The position numbers were made by a program, and so were the translations under genes. A stretch of 61,940 nucleotides of DNA, counting the filler. It is 3 parts of 3 records of this genome, joined end to end, with 100 filler letters (N's around TTAATTAATTAA, not from the genome) between each part and the next. Parts side by side here need not be neighbours in the genome. Positions count along the whole stretch, not along the records: positions 19,688 to 42,732 come from DRR378314_2548; 2 more parts are not named here. One strand, given 5' to 3'. The notes beneath the pieces are model-generated. The model was not told the DNA's origin. It saw only the letters and a program-made list of their open reading frames with translations, and did no database searches. This document shows positions 20,447 to 30,646 of this stretch, piece after piece (the stretch's first letter is position 1; each line of letters opens with the position of its first letter).

Positions 20447-22897
20447 TCAGGCTGGTACGCTTTCGGTCAGGAGAAGCTCCTGATTCTGAGCCGATTTGGT
20501 CACTTTCACAGGCAACCAGCACGTCACTTCCAGGCCGCCGCCATCAACCGGCTTCATGCCGACTGTACCGCCATGCAGGTCAACAAAGTGCTTCACCAGA
20601 GCCAGGCCCAGGCCTGCGCCGCGCTGGTCTCCGGATACGAAACTGTCGAAACTGGTCGCGCGTTTATCAGCCTCAAGACCCCGGCCATTGTCGCGAACGG
20701 ACAAGGTCACCATGTCGCCCACACGCTGTGACGCAACGACGATTTCGCCGCCAGATTCGGTAAAGCGCAGAGAGTTCGAGATCAGATTGAACAGGATTTG
20801 CTTGATGCGGCGTTCGTCTGCGCGGATCACGCCAAGGTCGCCCATAATATCAGCGCGTACATTGATCTGCGTATCTTCCGCTTTCGACACGACCATTTCG
20901 ACGCTCTCGTCGATGACATGGGCCAGGTCGACATCCTTGACGTCGAGATCCATGCGGCCCGCCTCGATCATGGCGAGATCGAGAATATTCTCGATCAGTT
21001 TGGACAGATGGTCAGACGCTGAAAGGATTGCACTGACATAATCAGACTGGCGTTCTGTCAGGTCTCCATTGCGCTTCGTTTCCAGCAGCTCGGCATACCC
21101 GAAGATGACGGTGAGCGGCGAGCGCAATTGATACGACACGTTGCGCACGAACTCTGTCTTCAACCGGTCCGCGGCTTCGAAGGCCTCAGCGCGATCGCGA
21201 AGGGCAGACTCAACGCGGCGCGTCGCCGTCACATCCGCGAAAGCGATCAGTGTGTTCCCGTCCGGCAGCGGATGGGTCAGATATGTCAGGATCGACCCGT
21301 CAGACCGGCGCATCTCGCCCGTCGTGGACTGACGCGCCCGCGCAGAGGGGTCAGTGATATGACGCTTGATGGCATCCCACACATCGAGATCGTGGAACAG
21401 CGGCACACAGTCTTCGATCACGGCGCTGTAGTCCGGGTGATCCTTCAACGTGTCATGATCAAGCGACCACAGGTGCTCGAATGCCTTGTTGAACAGTTTA
21501 AGCCGCCCGTCGCCGCCGAACACAACGACTGCCTCATGCAGATTGTCCAGCGTTGATGCCTGCGTCTTCACGATGGCGTTGAACTTCGTCTTTAGATCAA
21601 GCTCGCCAGTAATGTCCTTGAACAGCAACAAGAGACCGCCCATCGGGTGGCGTTGACGCGTAACAGACAGTGTTCGGTCATCCGGCAAGGACCAAGTGTC
21701 CTCTTTCACGCCATCGATATCGAGATAGTAAGACAGTTCTTCTGCGCGCCACTCGGCGTAATTGGTCCGCGCGGGCAGCTTGCGGCGCTCGCGGAGGCGG
21801 TCCAGCAACTGGCCGTGGTTCGGACGATCCAGCAGGAAGCTCTCGTCCAGATCCCACATGTCGCGGAAGGCCTTGTTGTAGAAGGTCAACTTTCGGTCTG
21901 CACCAAAGATCGCCACGGCATCCGCAACGTGGTTGAGGGTCTCGTCATGCGCGCGAACATGGCGGTTCAGTTCCTCGCGGGCATTCTCCTGCGCAGTAAC
22001 ATCGAATGCCATCGCCCCTGCGCCACCGGAAAGCGGGAAGGTCAGCACACGCATCGCCCGGCGCTCACCGTTGATAATCATATGCCGTGTTTCGTCGATA
22101 TCGGCGCCATCTGAAATCGTCTTGCGCGCCTGATCCGCTGATGCCTGGTCCAGCATCAGTTGGCGATCCAGAACACGGTCAAGGTTCACGCCATCCACGG
22201 CTTCAATGTAGGACGGGTTCACCCATTGCAGCTTGCCCATGCCGGACACGCGCCAGGCCGGGAATGGGGCCTTGCCAAGCATATCCAGAAACGCTGTAGG
22301 GTCGCGCGCAATAACCTGCCGGGCTTCTTCCAGCTTGCCGCGAGCGGAACTTTCTTCGAGGCCCTTGATCGTTGTGTCAGTCACCCAGACCACGGCGCGC
22401 GCGCCTGCTGTTCGACCATCGGCCTCAAGGAAGCGACCGGACGGACCAATGATCGTCAATGAAAACGCCTGTCCTGTGTCGCGCAGTTCGCGCATCCGAA
22501 TCCGCAGCGTCGTGTCCTGACCGGAACTGTCGCGCGCCTCCAGATCAGCAAGGCCTTCAATGATCCGGACCGCCGGGTCTGGTGAAATGGCATCATCTGT
22601 AAAGCTGAGCAGCCCGGCCAATGCCACTGGAGATCCATACAGTTCTGGCGGGGTCATTTCTTCGCTGTCGGGCTCAAGCGCGTCGCCCTGCCAGACCAGA
22701 ATGACGCCTGGATGCGCACCGAGAATTGAGCGGTGTTCCGCCAGAAGCGTTTCCAGATCCGAAGACCGATCCTTGTATTTACGGGCAGCACCGCGAGCGC
22801 CGTCGGAGACACGTAAGGCCCAAAGCAGGGCCGCAAGTCCCAGCGCCGTCGCGCCGGCAGACATGATGAGTGGTACCTGGTCCGCCGTAATTGCCAT
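20447..22897 (-). CDS. divL: DivL cell-cycle pseudo-histidine kinase
   Basis: N-terminal TM, several PAS-like domains, H-box with Tyr in place of His (RNVSYQLRSPL), degenerate HATPase. Confidence 0.88.
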   Translation of the reverse strand: MAITADQVPLIMSAGATALGLAALLWALRVSDGARGAARKYKDRSSDLETLLAEHRSILGAHPGVILVWQGDALEPDSEEMTPPELYGSPVALAGLLSFTDDAISPDPAVRIIEGLADLEARDSSGQDTTLRIRMRELRDTGQAFSLTIIGPSGRFLEADGRTAGARAVVWVTDTTIKGLEESSARGKLEEARQVIARDPTAFLDMLGKAPFPAWRVSGMGKLQWVNPSYIEAVDGVNLDRVLDRQLMLDQASADQARKTISDGADIDETRHMIINGERRAMRVLTFPLSGGAGAMAFDVTAQENAREELNRHVRAHDETLNHVADAVAIFGADRKLTFYNKAFRDMWDLDESFLLDRPNHGQLLDRLRERRKLPARTNYAEWRAEELSYYLDIDGVKEDTWSLPDDRTLSVTRQRHPMGGLLLLFKDITGELDLKTKFNAIVKTQASTLDNLHEAVVVFGGDGRLKLFNKAFEHLWSLDHDTLKDHPDYSAVIEDCVPLFHDLDVWDAIKRHITDPSARARQSTTGEMRRSDGSILTYLTHPLPDGNTLIAFADVTATRRVESALRDRAEAFEAADRLKTEFVRNVSYQLRSPLTVIFGYAELLETKRNGDLTERQSDYVSAILSASDHLSKLIENILDLAMIEAGRMDLDVKDVDLAHVIDESVEMVVSKAEDTQINVRADIMGDLGVIRADERRIKQILFNLISNSLRFTESGGEIVVASQRVGDMVTLSVRDNGRGLEADKRATSFDSFVSGDQRGAGLGLALVKHFVDLHGGTVGMKPVDGGGLEVTCWLPVKVTKSAQNQELLLTESVPA

Positions 22898-23095
22898 AGT
22901 GTCTTCAATCCAAATCGCACGAATCGGGCACCATACGGCGACCGCAACTGGTTAACGGATTGCTCCCTTTGCGTTAAGGCGGCGTTAACAAGAGGCTAAT
23001 GCGAGACGGCTTCGGGGACAAGATAACTGAAACGTTATGTTGCAAAAACGCCACACCACCTTACTCTGCATCGTCAAACCTTCATGGAGTTGTCG

Positions 23096-23653
23096 ATGCG
23101 CAACCTGATTTTTGCCTTGTCCGCCGTCGCTGTATGCGCCCTCGTCGCTCCGACTGCGGCAGGCACAGGTGATGATGATCTGGATGAATTGGTGCGCTTG
23201 CCCGGACAGGCCTATCCCGGCCCTTCCAAACGGAAAGCCCCGCCGAATGCGCACGCACCCGATCGCTTGGTATCCGGTGGCGGCCTGATCGTGAGCTTTG
23301 ACGCTGACCTTGATGGCGAGGTGACACAAGACGAGCTCGCGGCTGGTATTTCCGCCGCCTTCGCAGAAGCGGACACGAATGAAGATGGTTATCTCAGCCC
23401 GCTGGAACAGCTCACCTGGGCCGAGAGCCAACCAATTCGAGATGACACGCTCGGCAATCCGGCGCGGTTCGATCCAAATCTGGACCGCCAGGCCAGCTTT
23501 GAGGAATTCAAAACGGTCTTGACGCGATTTGCGGCAGATTTCGCCAGCGAGTCCGGCAGCATCGACATCGCTGACTTGAAGGCACCGAAACCTGAAAGGC
23601 AGGATAAACCGAGATTTGCCCGGACCGAAACAGACCGGCCCCCACGCAACTAG
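23096..23653 (+). CDS. Secreted EF-hand domain protein
   Basis: Signal peptide; DADLDGEVTQDE, DTNEDGYLSPLE and DPNLDRQASFEE loops. Confidence 0.8.
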   Translation: MRNLIFALSAVAVCALVAPTAAGTGDDDLDELVRLPGQAYPGPSKRKAPPNAHAPDRLVSGGGLIVSFDADLDGEVTQDELAAGISAAFAEADTNEDGYLSPLEQLTWAESQPIRDDTLGNPARFDPNLDRQASFEEFKTVLTRFAADFASESGSIDIADLKAPKPERQDKPRFARTETDRPPRN

Positions 23654-24492
23654 GTAAGGATGTCGTAGAGATCTGTGCGGCGGTCTCGGAAGAAGCCCCA
23701 GGCTGCTCGTTCCCGGTCTATTTCGTCCAGATCAAACTCGGCGACGAGTACGCCCTGCTCTGTGCGCCCGAAATCGATCACGATCTCACCCGTCGGGTCG
23801 GCAATGAAACTCGTGCCGTAAAACACCTGCCCCTCTTCATCGCCGACGCGATTGGCGGCGACAACCGGGATCGTGTTCGACACAGCATGACCTTGCATGG
23901 CCCGGCGCCAGCGCGCCGCGGTGTCGAGGCTCGCATCCTGCGGCTCAGCGCCAATGGCTGTTGGGTAGAGCAGCGCGTCCGCTCCCATGAGGGACATGGC
24001 CCGCGCCGCTTCCGGGAACCATTGATCCCAGCAAATACCGACGCCGAGACGCCCCTTCATCGTGTCCCAGACACGGAAGCCAGTATCGCCCGGGCGGAAA
24101 TAGTATTTTTCCTGATAGCCCGGCCCATCTGGAATGTGACTCTTGCGATAGACCCCCAGCGGTGTTCCGTCCGCATCGATCATGACAAGTGAATTGTAAT
24201 AGTGCGGCCCATCCTTCTCATAGATGGAGACCGGTATGACGACGCCGAGTTCCGCTGCGAGTTCCGACAATTGCTCAACAGCGGGGTGTTCTCGCCAAGG
24301 GTAGGCACGCGCAAAATGCTCTTCTTCCTGCGTCTTGCAGAAATAGTAGCCGGTAAACAGCTCCGGCGGGAGAACAACATCTGCGCCCTTCTCTGCTGCT
24401 TCACGCACAAAGGCGGCCACGCGGTCGATATTGTCCTGCTCATCGTCTGACGGCGTGAACTGAATGCTGGCAAGGGTCAGAGTGCGGGTCAT
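23650..24492 (-). CDS. aguB: N-carbamoylputrescine amidase
   Basis: Nitrilase fold: PELF, YRKSHIPDGPGYQEKYYF, ICWDQWFPE. Confidence 0.93.
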   Translation of the reverse strand: MTRTLTLASIQFTPSDDEQDNIDRVAAFVREAAEKGADVVLPPELFTGYYFCKTQEEEHFARAYPWREHPAVEQLSELAAELGVVIPVSIYEKDGPHYYNSLVMIDADGTPLGVYRKSHIPDGPGYQEKYYFRPGDTGFRVWDTMKGRLGVGICWDQWFPEAARAMSLMGADALLYPTAIGAEPQDASLDTAARWRRAMQGHAVSNTIPVVAANRVGDEEGQVFYGTSFIADPTGEIVIDFGRTEQGVLVAEFDLDEIDRERAAWGFFRDRRTDLYDILT

Positions 24493-24508
24493 GTCTGTCT
24501 CCTGAAAG

Positions 24509-25504
24509 TCAGGCTGGAATTTCGCGGGTCATGCAGTGGAAGCTGCCTCCGCCATTGAGGATGTGCCGCGACGGCAAGCCAATCACCTGGCGTCCCTCAA
24601 ATAAGGCGCTCAGCTCGGCCAATGCCACCAGGCTATAACGATCCTCATACACCGGTACGAGAACGACCCCATTCGTGATCGCGAAATTCATATGGCTTGC
24701 CGGAATGGGATTACCATCCCCATCCTTCACAAGACCCGGTGACGGTATGGTCGTTACTTCCAGCCCGGCCCTGCGTAGCGTTGTCTCAATCTCCTGCAAG
24801 GTTTCCGCATTCGGATCGTCATCGCCTGAGGGATGCTGGCAGATCGCATGCCCCGGAGAGATGAAACGTGCAACATTGTCGACATGGCCGTCCGTATGAT
24901 CATTGAGCAGGCCATCGCCCAGCCAGATGTATTCATGGACGCCAAGCGCGTGCGAAATGGCCAATTCGATTTCGGACTGGTCGAGATCAGGATTGCGGTT
25001 TGCGTTCAACAGGCACTGCCCGGTCGTCAACAGACGGCCCGTGCCGTCAGCGTCAATCCCACCACCTTCAAGAACCAGATCATGAGACTCTGCAATAATG
25101 TTCTCGAAGTCTGCGATCGCCGCAGCTGTTTCAGTATCGCCGGGCATCAGGTATTTCCCGCCCCACCCATTGAACCGGAACGTCTGCGCCTTTCGCGCAT
25201 CGCCAGAGCCGGTAATGATCGGTCCGGTATCGCGCAGCCAAATATCTCCTGTCGGAATACGGCAGATGTCTGCGCAATCACCCACCGCTGCGCGCGCGGT
25301 TTCGTCCGCTTCATCCGAACCCACTGCAACACGGATTGGTACGAAGTCAGATGCCGCGCGGATAAAACCGGCGATATCGGCGCGAGGCCCTTCCAGATTG
25401 CCGCCCCACTCCTCAACAAGGCGGGGCCAGCCGACCCAAAGAGCAGCATGCGGGGCCCATTCGGGCAGGAGGTGAGGTTTCATATCAGACATTGAGCGCG
25501 CCAT
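24509..25504 (-). CDS. aguA: Agmatine deiminase
   Basis: PEWAPH, DIWLRDTGP, LEGGGI, DHTDGHVDN, GGGSFHCMT. Start could be 25492. Confidence 0.92.
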   Translation of the reverse strand: MARSMSDMKPHLLPEWAPHAALWVGWPRLVEEWGGNLEGPRADIAGFIRAASDFVPIRVAVGSDEADETARAAVGDCADICRIPTGDIWLRDTGPIITGSGDARKAQTFRFNGWGGKYLMPGDTETAAAIADFENIIAESHDLVLEGGGIDADGTGRLLTTGQCLLNANRNPDLDQSEIELAISHALGVHEYIWLGDGLLNDHTDGHVDNVARFISPGHAICQHPSGDDDPNAETLQEIETTLRRAGLEVTTIPSPGLVKDGDGNPIPASHMNFAITNGVVLVPVYEDRYSLVALAELSALFEGRQVIGLPSRHILNGGGSFHCMTREIPA

Positions 25505-25521
25505 GCCACAGCTTGTTCCAA

Positions 25522-25556
25522 AGGAAAAGGGCGGCCCTTCGCAGAGCCGCCCTTCC
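25522..25556 (-). terminator. Intrinsic terminator after the TonB receptor
   Basis: Minus strand GGAAGGGCGGCTC-TGCGAA-GGGCCGCCCTTTTCCTT. Confidence 0.75.
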
Positions 25557-25583
25557 CGATTTCAAATTACGAAGTTCAGAAGA

Positions 25584-28500
25584 CTAGAACTCGTAACGCA
25601 GGCCGAAGCGGATTTCGTAGCGCGATGCATCGCCTTGGCGAGATTCACAGTCACCCGCCTGGAAGTCATCAACAGCGCATACTGACGGGAAGCCAGGCTC
25701 GCGCAGGATGCCCCACTCGTCGTTCAGCAGGTTGGTGAAGTTGTCGACCACGATGAAGCCGGAAGCCTTGTGATCAAGGAAGCCAGGGAATTCCTGCTCC
25801 AGCTTGATGTCGACCTTGCCCCACCAAGAACCTTCTTCGCCGTTACGCTCTGCACCGGCAGCGAGGAACGGGTTGCCTTCGAGGAAAGGTGTGAAGCCGG
25901 TGATGTCGTTCGGATTACCCGCGTCTACAACACTGTACGGACGACCGGACACGGCCTGGCCGAAGGCCGAGAACGTGGTCAGATTGTCACCGAAGAAGGC
26001 ACGCTCGTAATTGGCGAGCGCCGTGAAGCGGTGCTTCGTGTTGTAGTCAGACGTCGAAGCGCTGACATCCTGTGGGTCACCAAATGCGCGGTTGACATAG
26101 TTCGAGAATGCCACGGACGACGTCATCGGGTGAACGTCTTCTGCATCTGTGTAGGCATAGCCCAGGGACCAGTCGAGACCGAAGTCATAAGACTTCGAAA
26201 CCGAACCGGAAACGAGCAGTGACTTGGCATCGCTCTTGGAGTTGGTCAGCACGAAGGCTGGCTCACGAACGCTGCTGTAGGTCGGGTAGACACGGCCGTC
26301 GACTGTCGTCGTGCCGGTCTGCTCGAGGTCACCACGGATCCAGACTGCGCTGTCCTGGCTGACCGTGTAGAGGATGTCACCGGAGAGGACATACTCACCG
26401 CCGAGCGCAGGTGCGTCAGCATAGTACGTACCGCCGAGAGCAAACTTCCACTCGGATGGGATTTCGAAGTTCGGATCAAGATAGTTGATCTCGAAGTTCG
26501 AACCTTCGCCAGCAGCAACAGCGTCGATCATGTCTTGTGGAACACAATAGCCTGGGCCGGTCGGCACGCCATCTTCACACAGACCATAGTCGATGTCGAA
26601 GAGCGACGTCACACCGTCTTCGAGGCCGAATGCACCACCAGCAGCACCAAACTGGAGCACGTTGTTGGCGGAGTAAGTGTTCGACAGCCAGACGTTCGGG
26701 TTACCACCGGAGTAGAGGCCAACACCGCCGCGCAGGTCGAGATTGTCAGAGAAATCCCACTCGAAGCCGAGGCGTGGCTGAAGCAGACCTTCGCCGTCAA
26801 GTGTCTGACCGTTGGTGAAGCCGTAGTCAGCCAGGAAGTCCGGGTTGGTTTCCGGAGCGTCGTCAGTTGTGTACCAGTCGTAACGCAGGCCAGCAATTAC
26901 GATAACGCCGTTGCCGAGGTCGATTTCGTCCTGACCATACAGCGTGTTGATTTCGTAACCCCAGTCAGCAGCAGCATTGTTCGGGTCACCGGTTGGCGAG
27001 TTGTTGTAGTCCACGTTGTCAGCAAGGCCGAGACGGAAGTTCTCGATTGCTGGATCGAACACGCCCGGCAGGGTTGCTTCGCTGTTTGCGTCGAAGTCGA
27101 TCTCGGTTTCAACGTGCTGAACGAACATGTTGAACACGTCGAGGGCTTCACGCTCATAGCCGAAGCTGAAATTGTGGTTGCCTGCCGAGTAGTAACCTTT
27201 CAGCGCGAGGCTGAGGGTTTCGTAGTACAGCTTGTTCGCCTGACGGGAGTCGTCGCCGCCGAGGTAAACGTCTACATCGTCGGTTTCGATCGTGATCTCA
27301 CCGAAGTCGGTGCCGCCAACGGAAACCTGACGGTTGTCCAGTTCGGAGTAAGCAACGCGAATCTCGGTGGAGAAATTATCGGTCCAGTCGGAATAGAGCG
27401 AACCAGCGTAAGCGGTCAGTTCTGCGCCACGCTCATAGAGGTGGTTGGAGAATTCCAGCTCATCGGAGTCACCGTCAGACTGAGCGATGTTGAAGCCATC
27501 GTTCCAGTTATAGGTGAAGGATGCGCGGTGATCATTGCTGATGTTCCAGTCGAGTTTGACCAGGATCTTCTCGTCAGAATTGTCAGCGCTGGTCGGGATC
27601 GTGCCCGGATCATAGCCATAGAGTTCCATGGCGATGTTGCGAATTTCGTCGACTTCAGCCTGCGTGATGTCAACTTCGTTGACGGCGCCAGAACCGATCG
27701 GTCCGCGGTCAAACAGGTTCACACCTTCCAGCTTCTCGTAAGCAGCAAAGAAGAACAGCTTGTCCTTGATGATCGGGCCACCAACGCCAAAACCGTAGCG
27801 GTATTCATCATACTCACCGGTCGTGATGTCATCGCCTTCGAGCGTGTCTGCGCGCAGGCCATCATTGGTGTAGTCACCAAAGAGGTAGCCGTGGATTTCG
27901 TTCGTACCGGACTTCGTAACAGCGTTGATGTTACAAGCGGAGAAGCCGCCATACTGAACATCAAACGGTGCCAGTTCGACAGCAACCTGCTCAACAGCGT
28001 CGTAGGAGAACGGGATACGCTCGGTTGGGTAGCCGTTGGAGTTCAGGCCGAAATTGTCGTTCATGCGAACGCCGTCAACGGTCAGTGAGTTGAAGCGGGA
28101 GTTCTTACCGCCACACTGAACAGCGTTGATGTCGCCGCGGGATTCGTCAACGTAGATACGCGGGTCGAGGCGCAGAACGTCGGTGATGTTGCGGTTGATC
28201 GCTGGCGCTTTCTGAAGCGTTTCCAGACCGAAGGAGGCCGAAGGACCGGTTGCGGTCGGTGCAAGGTCTGCAGCCGATGCAGTCACAACGATCGTGTCCT
28301 GGCGAGCTTCTGCGTCAGCAGAAAGCACGAAGTCGACCTGCGTTGCGTCGCCGAGGTTCAGGCCAACGTCTTCCAGATACTGACCCTGCAGGTCGGTGGA
28401 AGTGACAGATACAACATAGTCGTTGGAGACCGGCAGGCTGCGGATCGTGTACTGGCCAACCTGGTTGGTCGTAGCCGTACGTGTAAGTCCTGTGGTCGGG

Positions 28501-28661
28501 TCAGTAACCGTCACCATCGCGCCGGCGACGGCTTGACCATCATCATTCGTGACCTGTCCACGAATGGAAGAAGTTGTAACCTGCGCCATCGCGACGCCGG
28601 CCATGCTGAGCGCAATAGCAGATACGGCTGCCCCGCGCCCGAATGTGGTCCAATTTGTCAT
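25584..28661 (-). CDS. TonB-dependent receptor, Oar-like, with N-terminal carboxypeptidase-regulatory-like domain
   Basis: Signal peptide, AQVTTSSIRG, TonB box DTIVVTA, APFDVQYGGF...INAVTKSGTN plug, C-terminal FGLRYEF. Confidence 0.92.
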   Translation of the reverse strand: MTNWTTFGRGAAVSAIALSMAGVAMAQVTTSSIRGQVTNDDGQAVAGAMVTVTDPTTGLTRTATTNQVGQYTIRSLPVSNDYVVSVTSTDLQGQYLEDVGLNLGDATQVDFVLSADAEARQDTIVVTASAADLAPTATGPSASFGLETLQKAPAINRNITDVLRLDPRIYVDESRGDINAVQCGGKNSRFNSLTVDGVRMNDNFGLNSNGYPTERIPFSYDAVEQVAVELAPFDVQYGGFSACNINAVTKSGTNEIHGYLFGDYTNDGLRADTLEGDDITTGEYDEYRYGFGVGGPIIKDKLFFFAAYEKLEGVNLFDRGPIGSGAVNEVDITQAEVDEIRNIAMELYGYDPGTIPTSADNSDEKILVKLDWNISNDHRASFTYNWNDGFNIAQSDGDSDELEFSNHLYERGAELTAYAGSLYSDWTDNFSTEIRVAYSELDNRQVSVGGTDFGEITIETDDVDVYLGGDDSRQANKLYYETLSLALKGYYSAGNHNFSFGYEREALDVFNMFVQHVETEIDFDANSEATLPGVFDPAIENFRLGLADNVDYNNSPTGDPNNAAADWGYEINTLYGQDEIDLGNGVIVIAGLRYDWYTTDDAPETNPDFLADYGFTNGQTLDGEGLLQPRLGFEWDFSDNLDLRGGVGLYSGGNPNVWLSNTYSANNVLQFGAAGGAFGLEDGVTSLFDIDYGLCEDGVPTGPGYCVPQDMIDAVAAGEGSNFEINYLDPNFEIPSEWKFALGGTYYADAPALGGEYVLSGDILYTVSQDSAVWIRGDLEQTGTTTVDGRVYPTYSSVREPAFVLTNSKSDAKSLLVSGSVSKSYDFGLDWSLGYAYTDAEDVHPMTSSVAFSNYVNRAFGDPQDVSASTSDYNTKHRFTALANYERAFFGDNLTTFSAFGQAVSGRPYSVVDAGNPNDITGFTPFLEGNPFLAAGAERNGEEGSWWGKVDIKLEQEFPGFLDHKASGFIVVDNFTNLLNDEWGILREPGFPSVCAVDDFQAGDCESRQGDASRYEIRFGLRYEF

Positions 28662-28924
28662 GACTATTCCCCTAGTCGGTGATGCGCCAGCAACCGCCCC
28701 TTGCGGGTCGCCGGTACTGCGGGTCGGATAACGACACCAGATGACAGATTAGTGACAAGATCTTGAAGGTTCAGCACTAAATTCCATTCCAGCAGGCAAT
28801 CGATTTGTTGCGATGCAAAAAAGACACGGTTTGAGGGCATCCCTGCGCAGATATCGTGCGATCCGGGATAATGTGTGCTTTACGGCGGCAATATAAGTCT
28901 CAGGATGAGAAGGAATCGCGCCCC

Positions 28925-30646
28925 ATGACCGCAGCAGGATTCGATTCGTCACGTCGCTGGCAGGCAACCACCTTTGTTGCATTGGCGGTGCTGCTTGTGG
29001 TGCGGGTCACGTTCACAGGCATTTCACCATTAAATCTCTATGCGGACGAAGCCCAGTACTGGCGCTGGGGAGAGACTCTTGAATGGGGCTACTATTCCAA
29101 GCCTCCGATGATCGCCTGGGTCATCCATGCGGTCACGTCTGTATTGGGCAATGCAGAATGGGCTGTGCGTCTGCCCGCGGCTTTCCTTCACACGGCTGGC
29201 GCAGTCTTCATCTACTTCCTTGCGCGCGACATGTACGGCCACCGCGTGGGCATGTTCTCCAGCCTTGGCTATGCACTCATGCCGGCGGTCATTCTCTCCT
29301 CTGTGGTCATCTCGACAGATGGCGTGCTGATGCCCTTCTGGTGCGCTGCTTTGTGGGCACTCTGGAGGCTGCGAAACGAGAATGGTGGCTGGATCAGCGC
29401 AGTTGGCCTTGGCGCTGCGGTCGGATTTGGCTTCCTGTCCAAATACGCCATGCTGTATTTCGCGATCGGTACCTTGCTCGTACTGCTGCTTGATCAACAG
29501 AGTCGCCGCGCACTAATATCGTTTAAAGGCTTGGCCGCGCTCAGCATTGCAGCGGCCATCTTCGCGCCGCACCTCCTCTGGAATGCGGCAAACGATTTCA
29601 AGACCGTCAGCCATACGGTCGACAATGCAAATCTCGGTGGTGACCTTATAAATCCCGAGAACGCGCTCACCTTCCTGGTTGATCAACTCGGCGTATTCGG
29701 CCCGATCAGCTTCCTGGCACTATTTTTCGGCATATTCGTCATGCGCAGCGAAGATGACGGCATCATGGGCCGGGATCGCTGGTTGCTCTGTTTCATCCTG
29801 CCAGTCCTGCTCATCATTCTCGGGCAAGCCGTCCTGTCTCGCGCAAACGCGAATTGGGCAGCAACCGCCTATCCGGCCGCCAGCGTGCTGGTTGCCGCTT
29901 GGCTCGCTCGCGCAAGGCCGAACCGGAATCTTTGGTACATCATTGCCGCTGTCAGTTTCCTTGCTTTCCTGCTCGCGCCAGATGTGTCGCTCCTCACGCG
30001 CATGCTGATTGGTTCGGTTGTCGCGGTGTCCATTCTTGGCTTCGGACATTTCATGCGCCACTCGCCCTCAGGCCTGCTCTGGACCAGCCTCGCACTGCAT
30101 GGCGTTCTGATGGTGACCTTCATGACGATTGCGCTATTGCCAGCATCGACAACAACCGCACTCGGCTTCGACAATGCGCTGAAACGCACACGCGGCTGGG
30201 ACGCCGCAGCGGAGCAGGTATTTGCCCGCGCCGACGAATTCAACGCGACTTCCGTCCTCGTGGATGAACGCGAAGCATGGCACGGGCTAGACTATTACGC
30301 CCGTGACCGGACTACGCCGATGATCTCCTGGCGGCGCTATGCGGGGCCGAAGAGCTTTTCCGAAGCCCAGCCTCTGGAAGGCGACCTCGCCGAACGTGTT
30401 CTTGTCGCCTCACTTCACTCCGGCATGAGACCCAAGCTGCGCAGTGATTTCCGATCTTTCGAACATGTTGGTGCAGTGTCAATACCACTCGGCACGCGCA
30501 GCAATGGCTGCCCCATCGTTCGGGAATTCCAACTCTATATCGGGACGGGATATGCGCGTCAGGAGCGCACGCAGGAATGGGAAGCCAAATTTGACGGACA
30601 GACCGAATTCAAGCCGGCCCCCTGCCCGCCTGTTCCGGGTCAGTGA
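28925..30646 (+). CDS. ArnT/PMT_2 (GT-C fold) membrane glycosyltransferase
   Basis: LYADEAQYW, GYYSKPPMIAW, AVRLP, STDG, LSKY, ANANWAA; many TM helices. Confidence 0.88.
   Translation: MTAAGFDSSRRWQATTFVALAVLLVVRVTFTGISPLNLYADEAQYWRWGETLEWGYYSKPPMIAWVIHAVTSVLGNAEWAVRLPAAFLHTAGAVFIYFLARDMYGHRVGMFSSLGYALMPAVILSSVVISTDGVLMPFWCAALWALWRLRNENGGWISAVGLGAAVGFGFLSKYAMLYFAIGTLLVLLLDQQSRRALISFKGLAALSIAAAIFAPHLLWNAANDFKTVSHTVDNANLGGDLINPENALTFLVDQLGVFGPISFLALFFGIFVMRSEDDGIMGRDRWLLCFILPVLLIILGQAVLSRANANWAATAYPAASVLVAAWLARARPNRNLWYIIAAVSFLAFLLAPDVSLLTRMLIGSVVAVSILGFGHFMRHSPSGLLWTSLALHGVLMVTFMTIALLPASTTTALGFDNALKRTRGWDAAAEQVFARADEFNATSVLVDEREAWHGLDYYARDRTTPMISWRRYAGPKSFSEAQPLEGDLAERVLVASLHSGMRPKLRSDFRSFEHVGAVSIPLGTRSNGCPIVREFQLYIGTGYARQERTQEWEAKFDGQTEFKPAPCPPVPGQ

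Noticed and set aside
26535..28088. 517-aa antisense ORF inside the TonB receptor
   Set aside because: Shadow frame of a strongly codon-biased gene; no recognisable motifs.
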